This document shows, piece after piece, positions 1 to 9,980 of a stretch of 64,000 nucleotides of DNA. The translations under genes and the position numbers were made by a program. Below the pieces are notes generated by a model that saw only the letters and a program-made list of their open reading frames with translations, did no database searches and was not told where the DNA came from. The stretch's first letter is position 1. Every line of letters begins with the position of its first letter. The DNA is from an uncultured Gammaproteobacteria bacterium (GTDB lineage: Bacteria > Pseudomonadota > Gammaproteobacteria > Steroidobacterales > Steroidobacteraceae): contig CAVYUD010000001.1 of assembly GCA_963771615.1 (NCBI GenBank), forward strand, positions 11,490 through 75,489. Reading direction: 5' to 3'.

Positions 1-708
1 CTGTACTTGGGTTCCGTGCGCGGTTTTCGCGCGCTGGAAACAGGTGACACGCTCATCTGGGTGGCGGTTCCGCAGCTCATTTTCTGCCCGCTCGCGGCGT
101 TGATGCTGCGCCGATCGGATGCGAGGCTCGTGGCCGCAATCGGATTTATTTTCATCAGCGTTGCTTGCCTCATGGTGGCCTACAACCTGACCCCGCTCTG
201 GGGGTCGTATCAGTTTCTTCCATCCTCCTTCCTGCAGTCTCTCGGACAAAGCTTCGCCCTGTCTGGCGTCATCTTCTTCGGCATTCTTCACTTGAAACCC
301 CAGGATGCGCTTACCTTCGGGGTCGTGTTGCAGACGGCACGCCTCATGGGCGGGGAGATTGGAACAGCGTTCGTGACGACACTCGCGCGAGTGCGCGAAC
401 AAGTGGCGTCGAACTTGATCGGACAGCATTTGCAAATCGGCGACCCTCAAGTCATTCAGCGCGTGGGAGCTTATGGGGCGGCAACAACCAAGGTGATCGA
501 TCCTGGCGGAGCGGTGGCTCGCGGCGAGCTGGTGCTGGGAAATATCGTGCGAACTGCGGCTAACACCCAGGCTGTCATCGATTGCTTCGTCGTCATCGGG
601 GTCATGACCGTTGTGGCGTTGCTCATCGTGGTCATTCGCAGCGCAGCTCCCCAAGGCCCCGCATCCCCGATGACGCTGTTTCGCGCGCGCGGATCGAGCC
701 CGCCATGA
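1..708 (+). CDS. MFS drug-efflux transporter, EmrB/QacA-like, C-terminal part (5' end lies outside the window)
   Basis: ORF 7..708 is open to the window edge. It contains several hydrophobic helices typical of the C-terminal half of 14-TM MFS exporters. Its stop TGA 706-708 overlaps ATG 705 of the next gene (ATGA). Confidence 0.7.
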   Translation: MYLGSVRGFRALETGDTLIWVAVPQLIFCPLAALMLRRSDARLVAAIGFIFISVACLMVAYNLTPLWGSYQFLPSSFLQSLGQSFALSGVIFFGILHLKPQDALTFGVVLQTARLMGGEIGTAFVTTLARVREQVASNLIGQHLQIGDPQVIQRVGAYGAATTKVIDPGGAVARGELVLGNIVRTAANTQAVIDCFVVIGVMTVVALLIVVIRSAAPQGPASPMTLFRARGSSPP

Positions 709-2144
709 TTCGATCGGGCTATGCGGTTGTTTTAGGTGCGGTCAGCGCATCGCTCGCTGGGTGCCGGGTGGGTCCCAACTATCACCCGCCGGCGCTTCCG
801 ACGGGCACGGACGCGCCGTTGGTGTCCTTGAATACGGCGGCTGAAACACCGACGCTGCCGCCCGATGCGTGGTGGCGTCTCTACGAGGACTCGCGGCTCG
901 ACGCGCTGGTGCAAGAGGCCCTGCAGGCGAACCGCACCCTTGCGGCGGCTGATGCAAATTTTGCGGCGGCTCGGGCGGCGGTGTCGGCGGTGCATGCGGA
1001 GCGCTATCCCTCGACCGCTGCCGTTGCAGGCGGCATCTACGGGCGCGATGCCACGACGGATGAAATTCTCGAGCTGACCGGACGCCCGCCGCAGACAACT
1101 TGGTTGTTTGAGGATATTTTTCAAGCTGCGTACGAGGTGGATCTCTTCGGTCGCGTCCACCGCGCCATCGAAGCGGCGAATGCCAACGCCGATGCTGTCG
1201 CTGCGGCTCGCGACGGAGTGCGCGTGGTGGTGGCCGCGGAAACCGCCCGCGCTTATGCAGCGATCTGCGCGCTCGGCGAGGAGCTCGGTGTTGCGAACCA
1301 TTCACTCGCAGTGATATCCCGCGAAGCGGATATCACCGTGAAGCGACATGAGGCGGGCGCGAATTCCGATTACGATGTGGCCCGGGCGCAGGCTTTGGTG
1401 GCCCAGGTTCGTTCCACCATCCCAGAGTTTGAGGGCCAACGACGCGCGGCTCTGTTCGAGCTGACCGCGCTTCTCGGCCGCACGCCCGCGCAGGCGCCCA
1501 GTGATCTAACAACCTGCATCAGCCCGCCGCACTTGGTCGCACTCATTCCGGTGGGTGACGGGTCGGGACTCATCAAGCGCCGTCCCGATGTGCGTCAGGC
1601 GGACCGACGTCTCGCGGCCGCAACCGCTAAAATCGGCGTGGCGACCGCCGATCTGTATCCCACCATCCGCCTGGTTGGTCTTTACGGCGGTGCCGCGGTT
1701 CAGCTATCGCAGCTCAACACCAATGAGGGCCGTACCTGGGGCGTCGGACCTTCAATCAGCTGGACGTTTCCCAATATGGCGACGCCGCGCGCGCGGGTGC
1801 GTCAAGCCAAGGCGGAACAGGCCGCCGCGCTGGCGTCGTTCGATGGCGTGGTGCTGACCGCGCTCAAGGAGACCGAGCAAGCGCTCGCCTTGTACAGCGC
1901 GGCACTCGACAAGCGACAGGCGCTCGGCGATGCCCAAGACAAGGTGCACACTGCCTTCAGTATTGCTCACAATCAGTTTATCGCCGGCGCGCTCAGCAAT
2001 CTGGACTTGCTCACGACGGAACAATCCTTGGTCGCAGTCGACGCTGCAGTTGCCTCATCTAATGCCGCCTTGGTTCAAGACCAAATCGCGGTGTTCAAAG
2101 CGCTGGGCGGCGGCTGGCGAAGCGAAAGCCAGGCCGTTCGTTAG
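705..2144 (+). CDS. Efflux outer-membrane lipoprotein, NodT/OprM family
   Basis: Internal Met of ORF 582..2144 gives MIRSGYAVVLGAVSASLAGC with a lipobox LAG|C, followed by GPNYHPP. Coiled-coil/beta-barrel OMF-like sequence ends ...FKALGGGW. Confidence 0.85.
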   Translation: MIRSGYAVVLGAVSASLAGCRVGPNYHPPALPTGTDAPLVSLNTAAETPTLPPDAWWRLYEDSRLDALVQEALQANRTLAAADANFAAARAAVSAVHAERYPSTAAVAGGIYGRDATTDEILELTGRPPQTTWLFEDIFQAAYEVDLFGRVHRAIEAANANADAVAAARDGVRVVVAAETARAYAAICALGEELGVANHSLAVISREADITVKRHEAGANSDYDVARAQALVAQVRSTIPEFEGQRRAALFELTALLGRTPAQAPSDLTTCISPPHLVALIPVGDGSGLIKRRPDVRQADRRLAAATAKIGVATADLYPTIRLVGLYGGAAVQLSQLNTNEGRTWGVGPSISWTFPNMATPRARVRQAKAEQAAALASFDGVVLTALKETEQALALYSAALDKRQALGDAQDKVHTAFSIAHNQFIAGALSNLDLLTTEQSLVAVDAAVASSNAALVQDQIAVFKALGGGWRSESQAVR

Positions 2145-2213
2145 GACTCGACCATCGCCGCCGCTCAAAACCTGCCGCGCCAGCTTAACCTTCGCGATCT
2201 GGTCCTGTCGCAG

Positions 2214-3542
2214 GTGCTTACCGTCGTCGGCAGCGCATGGGTAGGCATCGCTGCGGGTCTCGGCCATGCGCAAACCGTCGTTTGGCTGCTGGCCTTCGGC
2301 ACTTTCTACTTGCCCATGGCCGCGGCGGTCTATCACTTAAATCGCGAGATGCCTCTCGAAGGCGGTCTTTATGTGTGGACGCGACGCGCATTCGGCGACA
2401 CAGCCGGCTTTCTCGTCGCCTGGAACGTCTGGGCCTACGCGCTTTCCACCATCGCCACGATCCTGTTTCAAATCCCCAGCGAGTTCGCCTACATGGTCGG
2501 CCCGCGCGCCGCCTGGATTCCGGAGAGTCACCTTGTGGTTTTCTGCTTTCTCGCGGGCGTCCTGATCGTACTGGCACTCTCCGCTGTCCGTGGCCTCGCC
2601 ATCGGCAAGTGGATTCACAACATCTCCGGCATGGCCATGATCGCTGCTTTCGCGTTGCTGATCCTCGCACCGCTTTGGGCGCTCCGGCATCACGCGCCTA
2701 TCCATTTCGCAGCTTTCGATCTCAAGCTTCCCGACTCCAGCCCGACCTCACTCGCCCTCATCGGTCAGACGCTATTCGCGGCAGCCGGCATTGAGTATGT
2801 CGCCATCATGGCCGGCGAGTCGAAGGCGCCCAGCCGCGATATCGGCCGCTCCATTCTCATTGCCTCGCCCATTATTTTTCTGATGTTCACGCTCGGAACG
2901 GCCTCCGTGCTTGCTTTCCATGAGCTTTCCGGCGCGACGATCAACTACATCGCGCCCATCCCGCAGACGCTTCGCCTTGCATTCGGAGACTCGGGCCTTG
3001 CCAACTTCCTTGCCCGACTCGTCATTCTTCTTCTGCAGATCCGCATTCTCGGTGCCGCCAGTCTGATCTTCACCGGCGTTACGAGGCTGCCGATGGTGGC
3101 GGGCTGGGACCACCTCATTCCACCCTGGTTCTCACGTCTTCACCCGCGCTACCGCACCCCGACCAACTCCATCCTCGTAGCCACCATTCTGATCGCTGCG
3201 CTGCTCGTTCTTGCCTCCGCCGGCGTCCGCGCGGCCGAGGCTTTCGCAGTCCTCAACAATGCGTCCAATATTCTCTACGGCCTCGCTTATTTGGCGATGT
3301 TCGCCATCCCCCTGATCGGCGCAAAGCTCGTTCGCGTGCGCATCCCGCCGTGGGTCGCGGTGCTCTGTGTCATCGGCTTTTGCGCGACGCTCTTTAGCTG
3401 CGCCACCAGTGTCTATCCCTTTGTCGACGTGCCCGATCCCCTTCACTTCGCCATTAAAATCACCGCGACCATTCTCTTGACCAACTTACTCGGGTACGCC
3501 TTCTATCGCATCCGCGGATCGTCGCGGCCTGCGTTGGTGTAG
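2214..3542 (+). CDS. APC-superfamily amino-acid permease (true N-terminus unresolved)
   Basis: 442-aa polytopic ORF. The conserved APC N-terminal motif (LNLRDLVLSQVLTVVGSAWVG) begins upstream of the first canonical start, GTG 2214. Confidence 0.8.
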   Translation: MLTVVGSAWVGIAAGLGHAQTVVWLLAFGTFYLPMAAAVYHLNREMPLEGGLYVWTRRAFGDTAGFLVAWNVWAYALSTIATILFQIPSEFAYMVGPRAAWIPESHLVVFCFLAGVLIVLALSAVRGLAIGKWIHNISGMAMIAAFALLILAPLWALRHHAPIHFAAFDLKLPDSSPTSLALIGQTLFAAAGIEYVAIMAGESKAPSRDIGRSILIASPIIFLMFTLGTASVLAFHELSGATINYIAPIPQTLRLAFGDSGLANFLARLVILLLQIRILGAASLIFTGVTRLPMVAGWDHLIPPWFSRLHPRYRTPTNSILVATILIAALLVLASAGVRAAEAFAVLNNASNILYGLAYLAMFAIPLIGAKLVRVRIPPWVAVLCVIGFCATLFSCATSVYPFVDVPDPLHFAIKITATILLTNLLGYAFYRIRGSSRPALV

Positions 3543-3548
3543 GCGGCG

Positions 3549-3881
3549 TTACGCGCTGCTTGATCTGCCGAGGGCTCGGTCCGCGGCCTTCCGAAATTCA
3601 TTGATGTCCCACAGCGCAATTCGCTTGCACTCGTTGGCGATCGATGCGACTTCTTCACGCGTTACTCCAACGACATTGAAACCGAGCATGGTTGCCCCGT
3701 CGCACGCGATAAATCGACCAACGCGAGATTCTTCCTCGTACACGTAAGAAAAACCTGGTTGTCGTCCGCTTACCATTTTAGCCAGATTGCCAGTATCTTG
3801 GACCGGGAACAGGAGCGACCTCGCCGTCGCCGTATCGTCAAGGTGCCACTTCGATAAATATATCTTTAGCGTATCGCGCAT
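3549..3881 (-). CDS. Hypothetical protein (110 aa counted from the internal Met of ORF 3549..4028)
   Basis: The ORF lies in a locally lower-GC stretch. The Arg-rich 5' extension looks non-coding, so Met at 3881 is preferred. No recognisable domain. Confidence 0.4.
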   Translation of the reverse strand: MRDTLKIYLSKWHLDDTATARSLLFPVQDTGNLAKMVSGRQPGFSYVYEEESRVGRFIACDGATMLGFNVVGVTREEVASIANECKRIALWDINEFRKAADRALGRSSSA

Positions 3882-4123
3882 GAGTCCGATTCTCGGCCGG
3901 CCTTTTTGACGGTCCCGGCGCGCAGATAAAACGGAGAGAGTAACGATGCTGGTTGCCCCGCGACTCCCCCAATTTTTTCTGCATCGCCGGGTTGAGCTGA
4001 TCCTCGTTCCATGTTCTATTCCTAGCAACGCCGTTGCTGCAAAACCCGATTCTGTGTCACAGGCTCCAATACGTTATGTGAAGAGAAGATGCGCCGCTTT
4101 AGCCGAACGCAGAAGCGGGTCCA

Positions 4124-4312
4124 TCAGCCTTCCGATTTCGAATGAAACCCGTTGCGATCCACTTCGCGCGAGTTGACAACTAGCCGTGACGCCTCAATGG
4201 CCTTTCCATTGCACCTTGTAATCGCCTCTAGAGTGGCATATCGCGACGAGACAATTTCTTTGCCAGCGCGTGGGTTCCACCAAGTGAATTGGTAGACCGC
4301 TGTCTCAGCCAT
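4124..4312 (-). CDS. Small hypothetical protein (62 aa)
   Basis: ORF MAETAVYQFTWWNPRAGKEIV... in the same low-GC islet. Assignment is weak. Confidence 0.35.
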   Translation of the reverse strand: MAETAVYQFTWWNPRAGKEIVSSRYATLEAITRCNGKAIEASRLVVNSREVDRNGFHSKSEG

Positions 4313-4455
4313 GGGGCCTGCTCCCTTGGTTTGACTGCCTCCGATGATACGGCTTGTTCGCGCCGAACTAAGCGCACGAGAGGACTGAGATGGGGAAAGT
4401 TTGGAGTAGTCGCCAGAAGCGATTGCGCTATGTTAAGGCATGTTTCGGTCGTCGA

Positions 4456-6833
4456 CTAAAAAGAGATCTTGACCCCGCCGAAATAGGACCGCGGCATCGC
4501 CGGGCTCTGGAAGCGCGGATCGACGCCTGGATCTCCCAATTCACCGGCCGGCACTCCCGGCGCGCCGATGCCCGTCGGGTCGCCCAAGATGCCATACGTC
4601 GAGTAACGCCGGTCGAATAGGTTTTGGATGTTGGCGAACACCTGCAAGTGCTTGCCGAATTGATACGAGGTACGCAGGCTGGCCACGGTATAGCTCGGCA
4701 ATTCCGGATTCAAATTGGCCTCATCGCCTCGATAGAAAGACGGCCCGACGTAGCTCAGCGTGCCGCCGACCGACCAGTGCGGCAACAGCACGATATCCGC
4801 ACCGAGCTTCACGCGGGTCTTGGGTATCAACGGCAATTCGTCGCCCACACTCACTTGAATGTTGCCGTTCTCGTCTTGAAACGGATTGGCAGGCGAGGGT
4901 TCCAGCAGCGCCGATCGGAATGTCGCTTTGAGATAGCTATATTGCACATATGCATTGAGCTTCGCCGTTTGATAGGTCAGGCCGAGGTCGGCGCCTTCGC
5001 GGCGCGTTGAGCCGATGTTTTGGAAAAAGCCAGATGCGATCGAGGTCGAAACGCCGTAGATGTCGTTCTCGGAGTTGGTGCGATAGACGCTCAAATCCCA
5101 GCCGAACTTGCCGATGCTCGCGTCGGATAGGGTACCCCGCGCACCGACTTCGACGGTTTTCGATACGACTTGTTGCAGCGGCGGATCGGAAGCCAGGTTC
5201 GTCGGCAGCAAGCACGGTGCGGCCGGATTTGCGCACTCAAGTTCACTGGCAGTAGGAGCGCGATTGTTGATCGCGTAACTGGCATACACCGTCACGGCGG
5301 GCATGATCTTGTAAGTGAGGCCGGCGGCCGGATCGAAGTGGGTGAAGCGGTTGTTGCCGTTCAGCGCGTCACCATTGCGATCGGCGAGATCCACTTTGGC
5401 GATGTTGTAGCGACCGTTGAGCGTAACGGACAATGCGTCGACAACGTCGAACGTGTCGGTCAAGTACACGCTGTAGTACTTGTTATTGGCGTTAAGATTC
5501 ACAGGGGTGGCGGTGATGTCGCCGCTTTCCGGTGTGGCAACGAAATACGGCGAAGGCAATACCGTCAATGACCGCATCGATCACGCCGAGCTCAGTGCCC
5601 GAGAAGAAATTGGTGGTCGAAGTATCCACCGTCGCCCCGACAGCGAATGAGTTGCTATGGCCGAGGAGCTTTTCGGTGCTGGAGAACTGAAGCGAGCCGC
5701 CCCAGGTTTGCGAGTGGATGGTCTCGAAATCGTTCTGGCCGATGATCGTCGTTCCGCCATTGGTGATGTCGGGAATATTTTGCCCAGAGGTATCGGTCAG
5801 CACGAAGTCGTCGTCGCACAAGAGGCCGGGAGCAGCATCGTCGTCGCAGGCCGAGTAGTCGCTATTGTCTCCGTTGGCGATCGTTTGCCGGTAGTTGCGG
5901 AAGTACACCACGCTCGATAGGGCCAGCTTCGGCGAGAAGTTGTGCGCCGCATTGAGCGTTATCATATCGAGATTATTGATGTTGTTCTGCGGGCCGGTAA
6001 AGACGTTTTCAGAACTGATCGCCAACGATTGCAGCGGAGCTGCGCCCTGACCGAACAGGCGGTTGTTGCCGCGCGAATAGCTCAAGTCCGCGGTGACGGT
6101 ATCGGTGTGCAAGCTCAAGTCCAGGTAGTACTGCAGGATCACGATCCTGCGAGAAATGGCGCCAGCCGCCTTCCTTAAGCCCGTTGACCGCCACGTAGGC
6201 ACCCAACGTGCCGTCATTGACGCCGTACTCGGTCTGCGCTTGGCGTTGATTGAACGAGCCGCCGGATAGCGTGGCGTCGAATCCGTCGTACGTAAAGCCG
6301 TTCTTCATCGTCACCGTCGCAGCGCCGCCCAGCGCGTTGAGGCCAAACACCGAAGTCGCGTTCAGAAAGTCGATGCGGTCGATGGCGATGTCCGGAATCA
6401 GGTCCCAATTGACGGTGTCGCCAAAGGCCTCGTTGATGCGGACACCATTCTGGTACACCGCCATGCCTTGCGGCGTGCCGAGCACCGGCGAGGCCTCGAA
6501 ACCGCGAAACAAAACCTCGGGCTGGAACGGATCCGCGAGCGTGTCGTTGAGGTTGACGCCGCTGATTTGTTGGTCCAATGCATTGAGCACACTGGCTGCG
6601 CCGTTGCGGCTCAGGTCGCTTGACCTTAGGGTCTGGATATTGCCGGGGATCTTGTCTCTATCGACTTTGAAGCCCGGCACAGGGGTGACGCCGACGACGA
6701 TGATTTCGTCGAGATCGTGCGTGTTCTGCGGCGCCTGCTGTGCCAGGGCTGCAGGCGCGACCACTGTCGATGTTATGGCCAAGACCCACAAGAAGGGCCG
6801 TAGGGCGCTCCTGCGCCTTGGATCAGGACACAT
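4456..6833 (-). pseudogene. TonB-dependent receptor split into three ORFs by two frameshifts
   Basis: ORF 6009..6833 carries the signal peptide and plug domain (DEIIVVGV..., FRGFE...). ORF 5492..6217 carries barrel strands. ORF 4456..5577 ends in the canonical ...YFGGVKISF terminal Phe. Frame changes lie near 6140-6180 and 5570-5580. Confidence 0.85.
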
Positions 6834-7122
6834 AAACCTTCTTCCCTTCGAGAACGGGGGCTACCGGAGGGCCTTAGCGCCCAAGTAAAATCAAGCCGAA
6901 TCGTTCCAGTTTCGCTCTACGATGGGAATAGGAGTTTTTCCCGTTTGCCCTCCCGGGAGGTGAATGCAGGGTAGTTGCATCAACGTCACAACGATCCGCT
7001 CAGAGCTGGCTGGTCACTTTCATCGGCCGTGACTGTGTCCACTTCGTCTTCATTTCATCGCTCAACTCTTGGACTGGGTCACCTTGATTTGCCCACGAAG
7101 GGAGTGCCTCCCAGTCCGCGGA

Positions 7123-7620
7123 TCAGCGCAGGGTGACGAGAAGCTCGTCCAGTTGCTCGAACGTCTCTCCCATCGCATCCGCCGCCCCGGTGCCGGCGGC
7201 GTCGAGAGCTTCCTTCGAGGGATAAAGCTCGTGCATGACCAGCAACGTCTTGCCGCCTTTTTCCGCGAAGGTCACGGTGGTGACGGAACCCTCGTCACTT
7301 TCCTCATTGGTCCAGACGAGGCGCGAGTGCGGTGTTACTTCCTTGTACGTGCCGAAGAACGCCACCTGTGAGTCCCCGTGTGCGAACTCCAAACGGTACC
7401 TGCCCCCGACACGAACATCCATTTCGCAGGAAAGCAGGGACATTCCCATCGACTTCGGCACCCACCACTGCCTGAACAGCTCGGGCTTGGTCCACGCCTC
7501 GAACACGAGGCGCGCCGGGCCGTTGAAGGTTCGCGTGACGACGAGCTCACGCTCGGACTTCCGCTCCACCGTCGTGCGGTTCTTCATGGGCGTAAGCTCA
7601 CTCTCTCTTCTTGCGTCCAT
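7123..7620 (-). CDS. SRPBCC / AHSA1 (Aha1-like) domain protein
   Basis: Contains ...LVVTRTFNGPARLVFEAWTKPELFRQWW...VGGRYRLEF..., typical of ArsR-linked SRPBCC proteins. Met at MKNRTT is probably the real start. Confidence 0.85.
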   Translation of the reverse strand: MDARRESELTPMKNRTTVERKSERELVVTRTFNGPARLVFEAWTKPELFRQWWVPKSMGMSLLSCEMDVRVGGRYRLEFAHGDSQVAFFGTYKEVTPHSRLVWTNEESDEGSVTTVTFAEKGGKTLLVMHELYPSKEALDAAGTGAADAMGETFEQLDELLVTLR

Positions 7621-7964
7621 CGACCTTCTCCTTCCGTTTCAATTCCTCGACAACTTTGTCCAGCTCGTCGAAGCGTGCGTCCCAGAGCTGGCGGTATCTC
7701 TCGATCCATGCCGCTTCCTCCTCCAGTCGGCGCAGGCCGAGCTTGCAGGTCCGCACGCGCCCGACCTTCTCCGTGGTGACGAGCCCCGCCCGCTCCAAGA
7801 CGCCGACATGCTTCTTCATGCCCGTGAGGGTCATGCGGAATTTCTCGGCAAGGTCCGTGATCGAAGCGTCTGCACGCCCGAGCTGCTCCAGAACGCCGCG
7901 TCGGGTGGCGTCCGAGAGCGCGGCGAACGAGGCATCGAAGCCGGCTGTGGCTATACTGAACCAT
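7598..7964 (-). CDS. ArsR/SmtB-family transcriptional regulator (frame change close to the 5' end)
   Basis: ORF 7598..7834 encodes the recognition helix and wing (MTLTGMKKHVGVLERAGLV). The same frame continues upstream as FDASFAALSDATRRGVLEQLGRADASITDLAEKFR with no canonical start. ATG 7964 (MVQYS...) lies in another frame. Confidence 0.75.
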
Positions 7965-7976
7965 ATGGTTCAGTAT
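7953..7976. promoter_or_regulatory. Perfect 24-bp palindrome ATACTGAACCATATGGTTCAGTAT, putative ArsR operator
   Basis: Read directly from the sequence. It spans the ATG (7964) of the arsR-like gene, the usual position for autoregulatory ArsR/SmtB operators. Confidence 0.6.
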
Positions 7977-8340
7977 TTAACACACGGATCGGTGGCATGC
8001 AAGCCACCTGCATTTCGAGCGCCGCCACCCACTCGGGTGGCGGCGTCCGTCTCAACGCTATTCCGTATGACATGTGCGTGAGATGCGCCCGATCGACGCC
8101 GAAAGGCGCGTGCATTTCATGGCTATCGCCGTTCGCGGCTTGATGGTTGCAGCGCCGCCTCGGTCGTGCCAGGATAATTTACAAACGGCCGCGCTCGCTT
8201 TTTTGTCGCAGAGCAGCACCGCTCAAGAAGATTTCAATAATTAATGCAGCTTGGGAAGAAGCGGACTTCTTCGTCACCGAAGTCAGCAAGAGCATCAAAT
8301 CGCCGCGATAAGAATCACTCAAATAAGAGAGGAGTTCCAC

Positions 8341-9057
8341 ATGAGCGAATCCACCACAGCCATGACCTCGTCCGCAAGCGTGTATGCCACCCGTGAGTTC
8401 TGGGAGCGCTTGTGGCGCACGGCCGGCCTCCAGTTCATCGGCTTTTTCATCATCGCGTACCTGATTTACGGCAGTCAGCCGCAGGTCGGTGCGTCGGCTG
8501 ACTTCCTCGCTGCGTTCTATCACGGCGATCGCGTGCGCATCCTGATCGCCGTCGTGTTCGCCGGCCTGAATGTCCTAAACCTGATGTGGTTCGCGGCGGC
8601 GCTAAAGACCACTCTGGCGGACGCGGGACAGGAAGGTTGGGGCGCGGCAGTGACTGCCTCCAGTGCAGCGCTCGGTGGCCTATTCCTCCTGATGATCACG
8701 ATCGTTGCGGCTCTCGCGTATTCAATCGCCGGCTCGGAAAATACCGCGCTAATATCGGTTCTAAACGATTTTCTATGGGTCAGCGTCGTACTGAGTTCCT
8801 TTCCCCGCGCGATGCTGATCATGGCCGGAACGTTCGGGCTCTGGAGGGCCGGGCTATTCTCGAACGCGCGCTTCGCGGCAGGCGTTGCAGCACTGTTGCT
8901 CGTCTTGTTGGGCGGCACTACTTGGCTGAGTGGTGGATTCTGGGCACCGGACGGCGCCTATTCGCGCTTCGTCTCGCCCCTGATCGGCCTTGTGTGGATT
9001 GTGGTCGTCAGCCGGATCCTCATGAGTCGAAGTTCTGCAGCCCGTGCTGGGTGGTAG
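8341..9057 (+). CDS. Integral membrane protein of unknown function
   Basis: Internal Met of ORF 8251..9057 is preceded by AGAGAGGAG. About six predicted hydrophobic helices. Confidence 0.6.
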   Translation: MSESTTAMTSSASVYATREFWERLWRTAGLQFIGFFIIAYLIYGSQPQVGASADFLAAFYHGDRVRILIAVVFAGLNVLNLMWFAAALKTTLADAGQEGWGAAVTASSAALGGLFLLMITIVAALAYSIAGSENTALISVLNDFLWVSVVLSSFPRAMLIMAGTFGLWRAGLFSNARFAAGVAALLLVLLGGTTWLSGGFWAPDGAYSRFVSPLIGLVWIVVVSRILMSRSSAARAGW

Positions 9058-9059
9058 CC

Positions 9060-9980
9060 TTGACGAGACCAGGCACTCATACGTCGTTCAGCCCCTTGAA
9101 GCAGATCGATGCGGGAGTCCTCAATGTTGGATACGCGGAAGAAGGACGCGGGGATGCTCCGCCGGTCATTCTCCTGCACGGCTGGCCCTACGATATTTAC
9201 AGCTATGCCGAGGTTGCCCCGCGTTTGGCCACAGCCGGCTACAAGGTCATCATCCCGTATCTACGCGGTTTTGGATCTACACGGTTTATCTCCGACAAAA
9301 CCTTGCGCAATGCTCAGCAGTCGGTGTTGGCTGTCGACACGATTGCCTTGATGGACGCGTTGCGAATCGAAACCGCGATTGTCGCTGGTTTCGATTGGGG
9401 AGCGCGGACGGCGAATATCGTCGCTGCGCTTTGGCCGAAGCGATGCAAGGGGCTCGTTTCAGTCAGTGGCTATCTGATCGGTAATCAGGAAGCGGGCAAA
9501 CTGCCATTGCCACCCAAGGCTGAGCTCCAATGGTGGTACCAATATTATTTTGCCACGGAACGCGGGCGCGCCGGCTACGAGAAATACCGATGCGAGTTTT
9601 CCAAGCTCATCTGGAGCGTCGCATCACCAAGATGGGAATTCACTGATGCGACCTTCGATCGTACGGCAGCGGCCTTCGACAATCCGGATCACGTCAGCAT
9701 TGTGATCGGCAATTATCGCTGGCGCCTTGGTCTGGCCGCAGGCGAGTCAAAGTACGACAATCTGGAAAAGCAACTTGCCGCAGGTCCGCTCATCGGCGTT
9801 CCCACGATCACCCTTGAAGGCGATGCCAACGGTGCGCCACACCTGGATGCCAGTTCTTATGCCGCGAAGTTCTCCGGCAAATACAAGCATTACATGATCA
9901 CGGGCGGTATCGGCCATAATTTGCCCCAGGAAGCTCCCCATGCCTTCGCCGACGCGGTCTTAGAAGTGGCTGGGTACTGA
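9060..9980 (+). CDS. Alpha/beta hydrolase (epoxide-hydrolase-like)
   Basis: Contains ...VILLHGWPYDIYSY...GFDWGAR... (nucleophile elbow with Asp) and ...GHNLPQEAP. TTG 9060 is the first plausible start after the upstream gene. The long 5' extension of ORF 8586..9980 overlaps that gene. Confidence 0.8.
   Translation: MTRPGTHTSFSPLKQIDAGVLNVGYAEEGRGDAPPVILLHGWPYDIYSYAEVAPRLATAGYKVIIPYLRGFGSTRFISDKTLRNAQQSVLAVDTIALMDALRIETAIVAGFDWGARTANIVAALWPKRCKGLVSVSGYLIGNQEAGKLPLPPKAELQWWYQYYFATERGRAGYEKYRCEFSKLIWSVASPRWEFTDATFDRTAAAFDNPDHVSIVIGNYRWRLGLAAGESKYDNLEKQLAAGPLIGVPTITLEGDANGAPHLDASSYAAKFSGKYKHYMITGGIGHNLPQEAPHAFADAVLEVAGY

Noticed and set aside
732-1305. Long antisense ORFs (732..1301, 742..1305) inside the NodT gene, and similar ones inside other genes (for example 21903..22292, 22066..22578, 53216..53935, 60877..61845).
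   Set aside because: They are Arg/Pro/Ala-rich shadow ORFs of the kind typical for the antisense strand of GC-rich genes. The sense-strand genes have clear family signatures.
8586-9059. The 5' extension of ORF 8586..9980 would give a 464-aa hydrolase.
   Set aside because: The extension overlaps the membrane-protein gene in another frame and has Arg-rich, non-protein-like composition. Hydrolase homology begins only around 9060-9100.
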